Source: the human T2T-CHM13v2.0 reference genome, Homo sapiens. From it: DNA of 64,000 nucleotides. The position numbers and the translations under genes were made by a program. Where the stretch lies: NCBI RefSeq assembly GCF_009914755.1, contig NC_060929.1; one strand, given 5' to 3'. Positions 28,773 to 42,815 of this stretch are shown here, in pieces (position 1 is the first letter of the stretch; each line of letters begins with the position of its first letter). The notes beneath the pieces are model-generated. The model searched no databases and was not told the origin of the DNA. It saw nothing but the letters and a program-made list of their open reading frames with translations.

Positions 28773-28828
28773 CTGAAGAAATATGGTCACCACCTTGGGA
28801 ATTTTGTACCTCAAGTTCAGTTTCAAAA
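28773..28828 (-). pseudogene. Candidate internal exon (56 nt), FETELEVQNSQGGDHISS
   Basis: 'gctaacaattttttgccag|' acceptor and perfect 'CAG|GTAAGT' donor; phase 2 in, phase 1 out. Confidence 0.45.
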
Positions 28829-30049
28829 CTGGCAAAAAATTGTTAGCTCTGGATTCATTTGGTCAATGCTAATAGGTTTGTCTTTCTGAAGTTTATTCGA
28901 TGGCTCCCAGGAGGAAAACACAACTACCTCTGTGTAACGAAATGTGGGAAACAAAAACCAGCCATGATGCCTCATGGATTTGCTCCACTTTTAGCATCCT
29001 TGTCATTCAGCCTAATCTCTCTCAATGCCATGCTAAGTGACCAACATTACCAAACTGGTAGATGAAACTATGAAGGCAAGCACACCATTAGCATTTGTTT
29101 GGAGGAAACAAGAAGATTAGTTTTAGGTTAGAAATCCATCAAATTATGCTTTCCAAAAAGGCTTTACAATATCTCTTGGTTTAAATAGGAAAGGCTGTTT
29201 AGTTTACGATATGTTGCTATGGAGTGTACAATATACAATTTAGATGATAATAAATGGGACTCCAAATGCTTTTATGATGCAGAACATTTTTTAGCAGTGT
29301 TTGGCAGTATAATCAATGTTGTTTTCACAACTTAAAAAAAAAAGCATTTGATGGAAACCTGCTGTTACAGAATGACATTGTAATGTGCTTTCATCAAAAG
29401 TGAACATCTTTAAAAATAACTTTTAAAAGAAGTGATTAAAACCTCAAAGATGTAAAGTTATCTTAAAGTAAATGATGAATATCTGTATATTTTAAACTAT
29501 GTGCCAAGTTTGGAGATATTAAAAGCATTTTCATTGTTGAACAAATATTGCATATTTTAATCTCTAAAGAGAAGCTTTTCAACTCTTTATCTCATTGAGG
29601 CTAGAGGAACTAGTCGGAAGATAGGTTTGCATATTTATTTGAGCACCTTCAGAACTATTCTCAGTTCAGCCTCCATATGACCACAAGTTTGGGGCTCTCT
29701 GACTAGAGTTGCATTGTTTCTCACAATGCTTAAAACACAATAACGGGTAAGTCTTGGGAACCTTTTAAATCACTGAATATTATCAGCCGTGCTAATATGC
29801 GTTTTAGATACTCCCCCAGTACCTTTAAAGCCAAGATTAGGAGGGAAAATGGAAAGGGACAAAATGAAGGAGTAAGAAAGAAAGAAAGAGGAGAGAAAGG
29901 GATCTCTACCAGTGATGTCCAGTGATACCCAGTTCCATTATAAACTCACACCCAACTGATCCCAGCATCCCTGGTTATCACCAAAGCGTAAATCCCTCCA
30001 AGCGCTGTTCTTCCTCCATCCGTTGCTTGGCTCATGGCTCTTCTGGGGG

Positions 30050-30600
30050 GTCTTATAAGAACACATGATATCTATGGAAAACTTCTAAACCTGTATACCT
30101 AAATCTCTAGACCCAACCTTTTCCCTGAAGTTCAGAACCCCGTAGCTGAAAGTTTGCTGGACATCTCCAGTAATGAATGCCACACAGGCAACTCAAATTC
30201 AACCCATCCAGCAATAAATTATCCCTGCTGCCCACCTCATCTTGTCCCTGACATGTTATCTTCAGGATTCCTTGTCTCCACAAATTGCAATACTATTGAC
30301 TTTGTCATGGTAACTAGAAATCTGGGAATCATCCTAAAGAATTCCATCTTACCCTACCCCCATCTAATCACCAAGTCCTAATGTTGCCTTTTCTTGAACA
30401 TTTCTCAAGTCTGTCCTCACTGCCATTGCTGCAGCTCACATCCGCGACATCTCATACGTGGACTCTGACAACAGCCTCTCCTTGAGCTTCCTGCATCCAC
30501 TCTTGCTCTGCAATCACTACTGAAGGCCACCAGGGTGCTCATCTGGAGTAACACTTGAGCCTATCCCTGCTCCCCCAAACCTTCATGACTTTCACTCCTT
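30050..30600 (+). mobile_element. L2 fragment
   Basis: 'tgctggacatctccagtaatgaatgccacacaggcaactcaaattcaac...tagaaatctgggaatcatcct'. Confidence 0.7.
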
Positions 30601-30604
30601 AGAG

Positions 30605-30857
30605 CTGTGCTGACCCTAAAGGAACCATTAGCCCCATGTGGTTACTGGGCACTTGAAATGTGGCTAGCTGAATTGAGATGTAGTGTAAGTGTCTATACAA
30701 TATATATCACATTTTGAGAATTACATGTTGAAATGATTTTTTTGATGTATTGGGTTAAATAAGATGTGTTCTTACTATTAATTTCACCTACTGCTCAATG
30801 TAGCTGCTCAAAAATTTAAAATGAACTATATGCCTTGCATGATCTATCATCAGTGCT
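30605..30857. mobile_element. MER33/MER3-like hAT-Charlie element
   Basis: 'ccattagccccatgtggttactgggcacttgaaatgtggctag...tattgggttaaataa'. Confidence 0.75.
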
Positions 30858-31003
30858 AAAGTAGAGCCTCAGCTCCACAGGCTGTGTGGGCACCCCTGTG
30901 TCCCAGGGGTAAAGGTCCCCATGATCCCCAGGCTCAGGAAGAACTAAAAGTCTCTATACATACGTGTCAAATTGATACCAATTGGGAAGTGGCTTAAGAA
31001 CTC

Positions 31004-31052
31004 TGTGTGTGTGTGTGCGTGTGTGTGTGTGTGTGTGTTTGTGTGTGTGTGT
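31004..31052. repeat. (TG)n microsatellite
   Basis: Direct inspection. Confidence 0.9.
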
Positions 31053-32173
31053 ATGTCTATATCCGTGCCTGGAGCGTGTGAATTTAAGCTTGGTCATTAT
31101 CACACAGATCATTATGAGACTGGTTGGCACGACACTCGTATGCATTTCTATTTTTAATCCTGAAGAAAAAAAAAAAACCCTCAAGGAGCTCGAGTGATGA
31201 AGTTAGGGCCATGGGCTGCCAGCTCAGACAACCCAGATCTCTGTCCTCCCAGCTCCACCTTATTTCTGGAGGTACCTCTTCCCAGTTAGCAGCAATCTGA
31301 GACCAACACTTCCCCTTTTTTATCTGGGGGAGAATTCCTAAGGATTCCTGGGAAATGACCTTGAGTGGTCTCTCAAAAAAAGAAGGCAGGTGGTTCTAGT
31401 CGTTTTTCAACTCCCATCCTTTGTTCTCCTCTGACTCTCTGAAATTTGTCACTTTTGTCACTTTCCTTTTCAGACAGTGACAGTTCCCTAAAGATTTTTC
31501 ACTCCACATCCTCTCTTGACCTTTCCCTGAGAGGTTGTTTCTCATTTTACTGCCAGCTTGCTGTGTGGCCCTTTTTTATTTGCAAGTTTTTAGGGTGAGC
31601 ACTTTCTTGTGTGAACTCTTTGTACCTCAGGCTGTATTTTACTCTGGGGCTCAGTCTCACTTGTAAAAGGGTAACTTACAGCCAAGATAAGATGAAGTAA
31701 TAACATCCTAGCTTTTCCTGCAAAGCTCTTGAATTCTAGGATTCAAATTTTCCCATTTCAAGTCTTATGCAAATTTGACTTTTCAGGAGCTCTCTTTATG
31801 TTTTGTAAGCACTTTCACTGAACCTGAAGAAATATACCTGCTTCATAGATTATTGCAGAAAGTCAAACTGCACAGAATTTGACTTTTACTTTCCTTCTTA
31901 ATAGTTTTTTGTTGTTGTTGTTACATGAAAGTACAATGTTAATAGAGGATCAAAAGGATCCTCTATTTTATCCTTCCTAGCTTGAAGGATTACTGACATG
32001 AGTGGATGAGATTCTAAGAAGGGGTCCTTTATTTACTAATAAGTTCTAAAATAAGAAAAAAAAGAAACTTTGGAGAATAAATTTTGTTTGACTGCACAGA
32101 TTTGTTCTTGAAGTTTTAATGATGGAGAAAATATTTTACCAAGTTTCAATTTAAAATAAAATAACTAAATTAC

Positions 32174-32268
32174 CTTATTGCTGAAATAAGATTGATTTGA
32201 ACTTCAATTAAGTCACCTGATCTAGTCCAAACTAAATGGTAAAACATATATCCAATGTGAAAAATTAC
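32174..32268 (-). pseudogene. Candidate internal exon (95 nt), VIFHIGYMFYHLVWTRSGDLIEVQINLISAI
   Basis: Long pyrimidine tract plus 'accag|' acceptor and 'AAG|GTAATT' donor; stop-free; phase 0 in, phase 2 out. Confidence 0.45.
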
Positions 32269-32778
32269 CTGGTAATAAAATAGTGGTAAAAATAGGAAAA
32301 GAGATAAGCAAAATAAATCCATCTCTCTCTTATTTTTTTCTGTTTTAGAAACTTCTGCACAAACCAAAGTAAGTGAAAATGAGTATGAGGAGTTCTGGAA
32401 ATTAAGATAGCATTCATAGAAGCCTGATTTATTTAGAAAGCTTCCGTATTTTACATATGTTTTAGTTGTTTTAGTAAGCATACTATCTGTATTTATTTAG
32501 CTAGTTATACATTCTGATTCTTACCTCTTTAACAGTGTGTTCTGAGGTGTTATGTCAAAGAATTTTTCCATCATAGAATTTTTCATGTTACTTGGGAGAG
32601 TAAGGCAATTTGTTGACCCCCATTTTTCACTATTAAGTGCTCAGGCTAAGGCCAGTTTTAGGTTGGATGAGGAAGAGACCCTGAGGCTATTCTAAGAATC
32701 GAACACACTCGCCTCAAAGTAAAAGTGAGACAAAGGGCTTCATCCTTTATTTTCCTCTTTTAAAAAGAGTTTAATAAG

Positions 32779-33291
32779 TGTATTCATTTCCTATTGATGC
32801 TGTAATAAATTACTACAAACATAGGGGCTAAAACAACACAAATTTATTCTCTTGCTATTCGAAAGATGGGAAATTGGAAATCAGTCTCACTGGGCTAACC
32901 TCAAGATGCTGGCCGGGTCATTTCCTAGTAAAGCCTGTAAAAAGAGAATCCATTTCCTGCCTTTCCCAGCTTCTGATGGCTGCCTGCATTCGTTACTCCA
33001 TGGCTCATGTTCCCTTCCACCATCTTCAGCACCAGTAGTGTAACATCTTCTGTCCTCTCTGACCCCGGCTTTGACCTTTACATCTTCTCTTTCTGACTTC
33101 AACTCTTGCAACCCTCCTGTAAGGACCACGGTGATTACTTGGTCTGCCCAGGTAATTTAGGATAATCTCCCCATCTCAAGGTCCTTAATGGCATCTGCAA
33201 ATTCTTTTTGCTCTGTGAGGTAACATATTCACAGGTTCTGGAGGTTAGTATGTGTGCATATCTTTGGGGGAGTATTGATCTGTATACCATA
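32779..33291 (-). mobile_element. MLT1C-like MaLR solo LTR
   Basis: 'tgtattcatttcctattgatgctgtaataaattac...ggataatctccccatctcaaggtcc...taacatattcacaggttctgg'. Confidence 0.85.
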
Positions 33292-34511
33292 GTAAGCAAA
33301 TACTCTGTAGTTCTTAAAACTTTTCCAGTTGGACTTTCTTTTCAACAACAAATCAACAGGATGCCCTAGAATTAGCAGACTATTTTCATATATGAGGAAA
33401 GAGGCATGAAAGGATAGTGTAAAAGTTTAAGCTGGAACTACTGGTACAATTCTAACATTTATACCACCTTGTCTCATAGGGGTCTCTGGTAAAGGTTTAC
33501 TCATGGAGTTTGGACTTAGGAACTTAGCTTTAAAACTTATACCACTGTTTGCAAGAGAAAACGAGGGCAGAAAGATCTAGATGGTGTGATATAAATTTTA
33601 GAAGTGCTTTACTTTTTTGGATTTCTTCCCAGCAAAAACATTTTCCATTTATAGTCTGTGCCTTTTTAAAATGACTTGTGAAGCTTTCTAGAGGCTGGTC
33701 AATGAATTTCAAATATTCTTATGGATGGACTAGATTAATTTTTACAGCACAACTTTTTCAAAAGCATTAAATCAAGATGCAGATGCTTTTGTCAACTGTT
33801 CAGTTCTTACTCAGATGCCACATTCTGTGCTGATCCTCTATATAAAAAAAAAGGAGGGGCATTCAATAAAGAAGTTCTTGGGAGTGAGATAAGGACAAAT
33901 GAATTCTTAAAACTCCAGCAGAGAACATTGAATGGTACACTAATTAGCAGAGGGCAAAACAGGCTGACTGGTTGCAGTCAGGCCACTCACCATCGCAGAC
34001 TGGCACAAGTGATGACCCCCCATATTCAAGTTTGTTTCGGAAGCCTGGGGTCATCTCAGGGGATCTCAAGAAGCACTCTTGGCCATCACTGCCCACAGAG
34101 TACCTAAGGGCAAATCTGCATATGCAAGTTCTTAGATTTTCCATTCAGTCCTAGAGCAGCCCCCATGCTAGAATCTCACTCTGCTGGTGTGGACTTCCAC
34201 AGAACTTCTGTGCTGCTCTCCCTCCACAGTCTGACTTTGCAGAATTTTCACCCAGGCAGCCACTGAAGGTTCCAGAACAAGGGTTGGGACCAGGACAGCC
34301 TCCATCAAGTACCCATCATTGACGTCACCCGTTAAGATGCCGGAGATGTCATTCCTCTCACTGGTGGCTCAACAAGGTTGTTGTCATAACGAAATGAGCC
34401 CTGAAAAGGCCTCTTTTAAGATTTTAAAATCCTAATAAATATGTCTACATTTCAGCTTAACAAAAACCTTTCAAATTAGTCATCCAAATGCCACCAAAGG
34501 ACAGTCATCTT

Positions 34512-34818
<307 letters not shown>

Positions 34819-35119
34819 AGGACAGTCATCTTAAATCCTAGTTTAAAAGTTTATTTAAGGTAACTAAGAGTTTTTGTGTATGTCTTTGGTTTTACTCCTC
34901 AGCTTTTCAAGTGAGTTAGGGATTTGATTTCAAGAAGTCAGAAGAATTTTCTTTGTAGTCAAGTACATATTTTTCTTAATAAACATAAACATTTTTGAAC
35001 ACATATCTTGAAATTAGTTCACATGTATAGTGATGTTCCTTTTTTAGTTAATCTAAGAATTGGATTTTATCTGTTACAATGGGTGCCTGCTAATTGCTTA
35101 TGAAAGTACAAATATTAAA

Positions 35120-35360
35120 TCAGTGACTTTCACACTTTTTTTACTGTTATCATATTAAGAAGTACATTTCATAGTGCATCCTAACACATATACATATTAT
35201 AGATACATATTTACATACTTTTGAAACAAAAGTTTTATGAAAAATAATGTCCTTCCTATAGCTGTACTCTAATATTTTCTATTTTATTCTATTTCATTAA
35301 GAAAATGCTTGTTATGACCCACTGAATTGATTTCATGACCAGAAGTGTGAAAAATATTGT
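35120..35360. mobile_element. hAT-Charlie fragment (Charlie4z-like)
   Basis: 'tgacccactgaattgatttcatgacc...tgaaaaatattg' terminal motif. Confidence 0.45.
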
Positions 35361-36006
35361 GTTATTAAGTGATACAAAAACCCATTCTATTTTGAGTCAG
35401 AAAAACACAAGTACAATCCAAGTTAATTGCCTTAACATCTTCAATTATAAAGGGATTAAAAGTTCAATCCTTGAATCATGAAGAACATGGTTCAAATTTT
35501 TGTAAAACTTATTATTGGTAGATGTATAATAACTTTTGGAATAATGATATTGGGTAATCCAGCTATCAATAAAAATAATACTTTTAAAAAGATGCTAAGG
35601 CCCTACACTGTCACAATTTCACTGTAACCCATTGTATTGCTTATAAACACCAGGGGTTAAATTTTAGCACATAGAGAATTACATCAAGGGTGTCAACATA
35701 AACTAAATGCAGGTATCCAAGGAAGTAAAATAGTAATACTTTTTCTATCATTTGTGACTCAGAAGAAAAAAAAAAGAAGTTACAAGGACTAAAGTTTTTG
35801 TTTTGGAGTAATATCAAGATTACATCCAGCTGGTGGTAGCTTCATGAAGTTCTAAAGGTAGTTCACTGGGTCACAGGAAAAGACACATTACTGAGAAAGG
35901 TGAAGTTTTGACCAAAGAAAGGTGAAGTGTACATTTGCAGGTGAGCAGAATGTGATCTAACAAAGGGCCAAATGACCACCTTTCGAAGTGTCAGTCCAGA
36001 AAAGAT

Positions 36007-36114
36007 TAAGTTGCTTCTTTATTCTGTGATTCAAATTTAAACCAAAACTAATCTGTAGAGTAAGATGCTTCTTTATTCTGTGATTCAAATTTAAACCAAA
36101 ACTAATCTGTTGAG
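36007..36114. repeat. 54-bp tandem duplication
   Basis: 36007-36060 vs 36061-36114, 2 mismatches, TAAG microhomology. Confidence 0.92.
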
Positions 36115-36276
36115 TAAGCATAAACATGAGCTCATCGAATTCTTCTTTTCCCACTGGTTATCACTTTGAGGTAGTATACCTATATACTTGTTTCAAGTTC
36201 TTTTCTCAGTCACTTTGGTGCTTCCGCTTTGGAAGCACCTTAGGCACATACTTACCATCCTTCATCCGCCCCTTAC

Positions 36277-36371
36277 CTGTCTCAGCAGCTTCTGGAATGA
36301 AGTGAGTTTGTAATCTTGGTTAGTGGTTTGTGGCTCATGGGTTTTCCTTAACCGTGTATAAAGCATTCCTG
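36277..36371 (-). pseudogene. Candidate internal exon (95 nt), GMLYTRLRKTHEPQTTNQDYKLTSFQKLLRQ
   Basis: 'gtgtctccacag|cag' NAGNAG acceptor and 'CAG|GTAAGG' donor; stop-free; phase 0 out. Confidence 0.4.
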
Positions 36372-36959
36372 CTGTGGAGACACATTTTTCTTACCTTACT
36401 CCTACAACAGATTTTTACTGAATATAAATAACTTCAATTCATCTTCACTTTTATATTGCCTTAGTTGCTGCTTCTAAATGCATTTTCGCATGAACTGAAG
36501 AGTTGGCTAAGTGGGTGACCTTCATATCCTTGCACAGGAGAAAATACAAAATGAGACCTGGGATTACCATTTTAAATGGAAGAACTGTGGCTGGAAGAAA
36601 AATAGCTCCTCAAGGCCCTTGAAGCAGAGCTGATTAGTTACAGAGAGCTAGAGACAAAGCACCTCCCTTTGCACTATTTTGCTGAATTTCTTCACTGGTT
36701 TTCAGCTTCTAGGCCCTTTATGCAAAGAAGAGTGGGTGAGGGATGGGAAATAACACTTGCATAGTGTCAGGGGCTTTGCATCTGCACTCATTCAACTGGC
36801 ACAACAAATACCATTTCTTCCTTCATCAAATGGGGATTGAGTACTAACTATGTGGCACACTAACACACACACACATATGATACATAGATGTATCTATACA
36901 TTTTCTAGTAGGTTTTGGTGAAAACAACAATATAGCAGAGTAAGAGAAAAAAGGAGTGT

Positions 36960-37160
36960 GGTAGGCAGGCAAGATCTCTCAATTATGGTGACCTCTGACC
37001 AGAATCCTAAAGACGTGAAGAGGAAGAGCCTTATCAGCTTTTGCAAAGCCCCTGAGACGGGGACTGCTTGGCACCTCCAGGAAACAGGAAAGTCCATGTG
37101 GTGGGAGCTGAGTGAGAAATACCAGATAGGGCCACAGAGATAGGGAGGAGATGGGGTGTT
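36960..37160 (-). mobile_element. L2 fragment (continues at about 39490-39810)
   Basis: 'tgcaaagcccctgagacgggg...ggaaagtccatgtggtgggagc'; the later piece reads 'tggatatattttgaaggtagag'. Confidence 0.6.
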
Positions 37161-37698
37161 TGGTGGCAACATATTGCAGGTGACATACTTATACTTAAAA
37201 TTTTTTGTTACTTATTTAAAATTAAAATTTAACTAAGTGTCTTGTTGTTTGTCTTTTTTAAAAAAATTCTCGCTGTATCTGACAACCCTGTTCCTCCTTT
37301 CCTTCCTCTCTTCTTTTTTTTCTGTGTGGCTGTGGTATTCACATGACATAGTCAGGTTCACTTGTTTTGGTTTGCTTTGTTTTGCTTTTTGCCCTTTGTC
37401 TTTATTGATGCAATTTTATTTTTGAATGTGTAGGATATTATCATGCTTTTAAAAGTCAAAATTCTCTGACTATATAATTTACAATACTACTCTTGTATTG
37501 TAGCACCACTACCTTTTCTAGCCAATTTCACCATTTTCCAGGTTTACTGTTCTCGTGGGTTTTCTTTCATTTGATTTTTTGTAATGATAAGAAAACAGAT
37601 GCATGCTTTCTTATTCTCTCTTATTATGCAAATTTTGCCATTCTAAATATCTCCTGAAAATTATTCCACATCAGTTCATAGAGTTCTTTCTCAATCTG

Positions 37699-37997
<299 letters not shown>

Positions 37998-38690
37998 CTT
38001 TCTCAGTATTTTTGTTAGAGCTGTATAGCATTCCATTGTGTGTAGAACAATAATTTATCCAACCAGTCTCTTATGCTTGACCATTTAGGAAGTTTTCAAT
38101 GTTTTATATTTATAAGTAATGCTGCAAATAATAACTTTGTGCATACGTATTTTTGTAATGACTGATGGTATTTTCAGAATAAATTCCTAGCAGTGGGACA
38201 ACTGGGACAATAGTAAATCGGCAAGTAATTTTGTTAAATATTACTAACTTTGCCTTCAAAGGAGCAATATCACTTTACATTCCCAGCAGAAATATATGAA
38301 AGTACCCGTTGTTCGAAGCCTTACCAAGAGGCTGTATTATCAGGCTTTTGAATTTTTGCCAATCTGAGGGGTGAGAAATAGTACTTCAGTGCAGTTTTGA
38401 TTTGCATTCCACTTATTATGAGATAGAATATTTTTTCATATATTTAAAATAAATTTTAGATTCTTTTATTGTGAATCATCTGTTTGTGTCTTTTGTCTAT
38501 TTTTCCATAGATTTCTTTCTCTCTCAATTAAAACAATTCATTGTATATTAGGGATTTACCTGAGACATACGTTGCAAATATTGTCTCACAGTTTGCCATT
38601 TGTCTTTTGATTTTATTTACAATGTTTTTGCCATGCAAAATATTTATTTTCTTGTAGTTATATTTATTTATAATTTCATTTATTGCTTGG

Positions 38691-39148
38691 ATTTTTTTTA
38701 ACTTTTGTATTAAGTTCAGGGGTACAAGTGCAGGTTTGTTACATGGGTAAACTTGTGTCATAAGGGTTTGTTGTACAGATTATTTCATCACCCAGGTATT
38801 AAGCCCAGTACCCATTAGTTGTTTTTCCTGATCCTCTCCCTCCTCCCACCCTCCACACTCCAAAAAACCCCAGTGTGTGTTGTTCCCCTCTAGGTGTCCA
38901 TGTGTTCTCATCATTTCGCTCCCACTTATAAGTGAGAACATGCAGTATTTGGTTTTTGGTTCCTGCAGTAGTTTGCTAAGGATAATTACCTCCAGCTCCA
39001 TCTATGTCCCTGCAAAGGACATAATCTCATTCTTTTTTTTATGGCTGCATAGTATTCAATGGTGCATATGTACCAAATATTCTTTATCCAGTCTACCATT
39101 GTTGGGCATTCAGGTTGATTCTATTTCTTTGCTATTGTGAACAGTGCT
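38691..39148 (-). mobile_element. L1PA (about PA12-PA14) 3' end
   Basis: 'taagttcaggggtacaagtgcaggtttgttacatgggtaaacttgtgtc...cccacttataagtgagaacatg'; flanking 'ttattgct'. Confidence 0.88.
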
Positions 39149-39934
39149 TATTGCTCAAAATTTCAAGTCCCACTTAGAAAGCCTTTCCTTACATGGAGGT
39201 TAAAGAGGCAGTTACCCATGCTTTCATCTAGTATTTTATTACTTTATCTTTTACATTGAGACTTGGGTCCATTTGGAGTTTATGCTCATGTATGGTGTGA
39301 GTAATGAATTTAATTTCATTTTTGCCAAATGGCTATCCAGATGTCCCAACACCATTTTTTTTTTTAAAAGACTATCTTTGCCTCGGTGATTTGAGATAAT
39401 ACCTTTGTCAAACACTAGATTTATATATAAAATAGGTCAATTTCTGTGCTTTCTATTCAATTCTATTGATCTGTCTGTCAATTCATAAGCCTGGATATAT
39501 TTTGAAGGTAGAGTTAACAGATGTTGGTGATGAATTTGATGTGAGGCGTGAGAAAAAAAGAGTCAGGTATGACTCTATGATTGTTGACCTAAGTAACTAG
39601 AATGTTGGAGTAGCCACCTACTGAGGAGAATTGAGTTTTTGTCGGGAAATACCAGGAATTCTGGGTTGGCCATATTCAATCTGCAATAACCTTTAAATGT
39701 CCTAGTGGAGATGTGAAGGGGCACGTGGCTATAAGCGTAGATTTAGGGGAAAGGCAGGAGAAAGATATTTAGAGTCAGTCATGTGGAGACAGAATTTAAA
39801 ACCATGAGCCTATTAAGAGTTTTAAATGAAAGCATTATCTCCATTTGGAAGATATACATCCTACAGTTTTGAGGGTTTAAGTCACTTGTCCAAGTAAATT
39901 GCAGAGCTGGGCCATGAATCTAGTTCTTATTCTC

Positions 39935-40315
39935 TGTACTCGTTTTCTATGTCGGATGAAACAAAGTACCCTAGACAGGCTAGCTTAAATAGCAGAATTT
40001 ATTTTCTCTCAATTCTGAAGGCCAGGATCAAGACATCAGCAGGGCTGTTTTCTCCTGAGGCCTCTCTCCTTGGCTTCTAGGCAGCAGTCCTTTCCTCCCT
40101 GGTATTCACATGGTCTTCCCTCTGCTACCTGTACGTGTCCTAATCCCCTTTTCTTAAGGAACATCAGTCCTATTGGATACAGGTCTACCATAATGATATA
40201 ATTGTAGCTTAATTAACCCATAAAGACCTTATTTCCAAGTACAGTCACATTCTGAGGTACGAGGGGTTAGGCCTTCAACATATGAATTCCGGAAGGACAC
40301 AATTCGGCAGGTAAT
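39935..40315 (-). mobile_element. MLT1A/B-like MaLR solo LTR
   Basis: 'tctcctgaggcctctctccttggctt...cagtcacattctgaggtacgaggggttagg...aacatatgaatt'. Confidence 0.8.
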
Positions 40316-40355
40316 ATTCTGTTTTTGTGACAACAACTTGCTGTGTGTTTGAGAC

Positions 40356-40879
40356 TGTAGTAGTCAGAGTTCTCCAGAGGGACAGAACAAATATATGAGT
40401 TGATTAGGGAGAATTAGCCCACACAGTTACAAAGGTGAAGTCCCACAATAGGCCATCTGCAAGCTGGGGAAAGAGAGAAGCTGATAATGACTCAGTCCAA
40501 GCCTCAAAACCAGGGAAGCTGACAGTACAGTCTGAGGTCAAAGGCCCTAAAGCCCCAGGAGGTTGCTGGTACAAGTCTCAAATTCCAAAGACTGAAGAAC
40601 CTGAAGTCTGACATCCAAGGGCAGGAGGAGAAAAATGGCTGCCCTGGAAGGGAGATAGAGGAAGCTCTGCAAAGTGAATATCTCACTTGTCCCACCAGCT
40701 TTGTCCTAATGGCACCAGCAGCCAGCTGGATGGTGCCTGTCTACATTGGGAGCATTCCACTGACTCACATGTCAATCTCCTCTGGAAACTTCCTCACAGA
40801 CACACCCAGAAACAATACTTCACCAGTCATCTAGGCATCCCTCAAGCCAGTCAAGTTGACACTTACTATTTACCATCAT
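40356..40879 (-). mobile_element. MLT2B-like ERVL solo LTR
   Basis: 'tgtagtagtcagagttctccagagggacagaac...cagtcaagttgacac'. Confidence 0.85.
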
Positions 40880-40950
40880 ACAGAGGAAACGAGAATTTAG
40901 GGCCTGAAAGATCATATGTTTCATGAGAGAATTAAAATGATGATTACTTT

Positions 40951-41306
<356 letters not shown>

Positions 41307-42314
41307 CTATTCATATGTGTGGCATAAAAATAAATGATATTTAATAAGAAGCTACAATCCTCAGATCTGTGTCCAGGAAAGAAAGGCTTGTCTTTCCTTG
41401 GGAAACATGGGACAGGAAGGACCCATGACACAGAAGTTACAGCAATGCATTTGAGCCTTGTCTGGGCTGGAGGAAAAAAGGGTGAACATTTTTTTAAAAA
41501 CATGTGTCAATGTTTATCTTGAAGAAGTCACTTTTTGACCACTAAGAAATGTGGATTAAAATAAATAAGAAATACCTGTCAAGTAAAAAAAAAAAAAAAT
41601 CCGAAAGTTTATCAATATGTTTTTGGTTAGAAGTAATCAACTTCAAGAAAATTTCTCCTTTTCATATAGTCTTTAGTTATATATGAAAATCCAGTCAACT
41701 TATAGATTATTGTAATTAATTCATTAAATACTTGTATATTTGTAAGTACATTAAAAAATAATTAAGCTCTCTGAGCTTCATTCATCATTCTAAGAATGAT
41801 GCCATAACTTCTCTAGGTCACCTTTACTTGGAAAGATTCTAAAAGTTCTACTTCACACTATTTTGTAATCTTTTTTCAATATTTTTGCTACTTGGTTATT
41901 ACTCACTAAACTACAGTGTATTGGTGCAGGAAAACATCTCCATAAATTACTAACTGAAACTCATCAAGATTCTATGGGAAACAAATTACTTTGAGTTTGT
42001 CTTCCAAGAATTTACGTCATTTCCTAACAACTTTTGTCACTGATTCCTGAGACAACTTTTCAGAATGAGAATATGTTATCTGACATTTCTACTTCTCAGA
42101 AGAAATTATCTGAACTAAGTAAAATTTGCTCGAATAGAGTAAGCTGGAATACAGGTTGAAGCAGTTTGGATTTCGGCTCTGATGTTTTGATAGATTTTTA
42201 AAAGTGTAAGATTGGAGGGGGAACTCTGATGGAACATTTTGGTTGCCTTGGTTGCTTAGCAAGGTGGCACCAGGGTGTCTGAATAAGGGCAGCTTAGAAA
42301 CTGATGTTGGTTGT

Positions 42315-42667
42315 TGTTCTCACTCATAGGTGGGAATTGAACGATGAGAACACTTGGACACAGGAAGGGGAACATCACACACCAGGGCCTGTTTTGGGGT
42401 AGGGGGAAGGGGGACGGATAGCATTAGGAGATATACCTAGTGTAAATGACCAGTTAATGGGTGCAGCACACCAACATGGCACATGTATACATATGTAACA
42501 AACCTGCACGTTGTGCACATGTACCCTAGAACTTAAAGTATAATTATATATATATATATACACATATATATATATACACATATATATATACATATATATA
42601 TACATATATATATATACATATATATATACATATATGTATATATGTATATATATATATATATAGAACA
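42315..42667 (+). mobile_element. L1PA4/5-like 3' end with tail converted to (TA)n microsatellite
   Basis: Canonical L1PA 3'UTR to 'cttaaagtataat'; 17-bp TSD aaactgatgt(t/c)ggttgt at 42298-42314 and 42668-42684. Confidence 0.92.
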
Positions 42668-42815
42668 AAACTGATGTCGGTTGTAGATAATGGACCGAAA
42701 AAAGCATAGATACTGCAAAATGAAACAAACAAAAATCATAAAAATGTCAATGTTGATTTCATCAGTACCCCATCAGTTAAGTAAGGTTAATTTATCCTTG
42801 AAAACAAGAAAATCG

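Noticed and set aside
41815-42145. Protein-like minus-strand stretch that might be another exon of the candidate pseudogene
   Set aside because: Several stops in the frames examined and no clear exon boundaries; not supportable without alignment.
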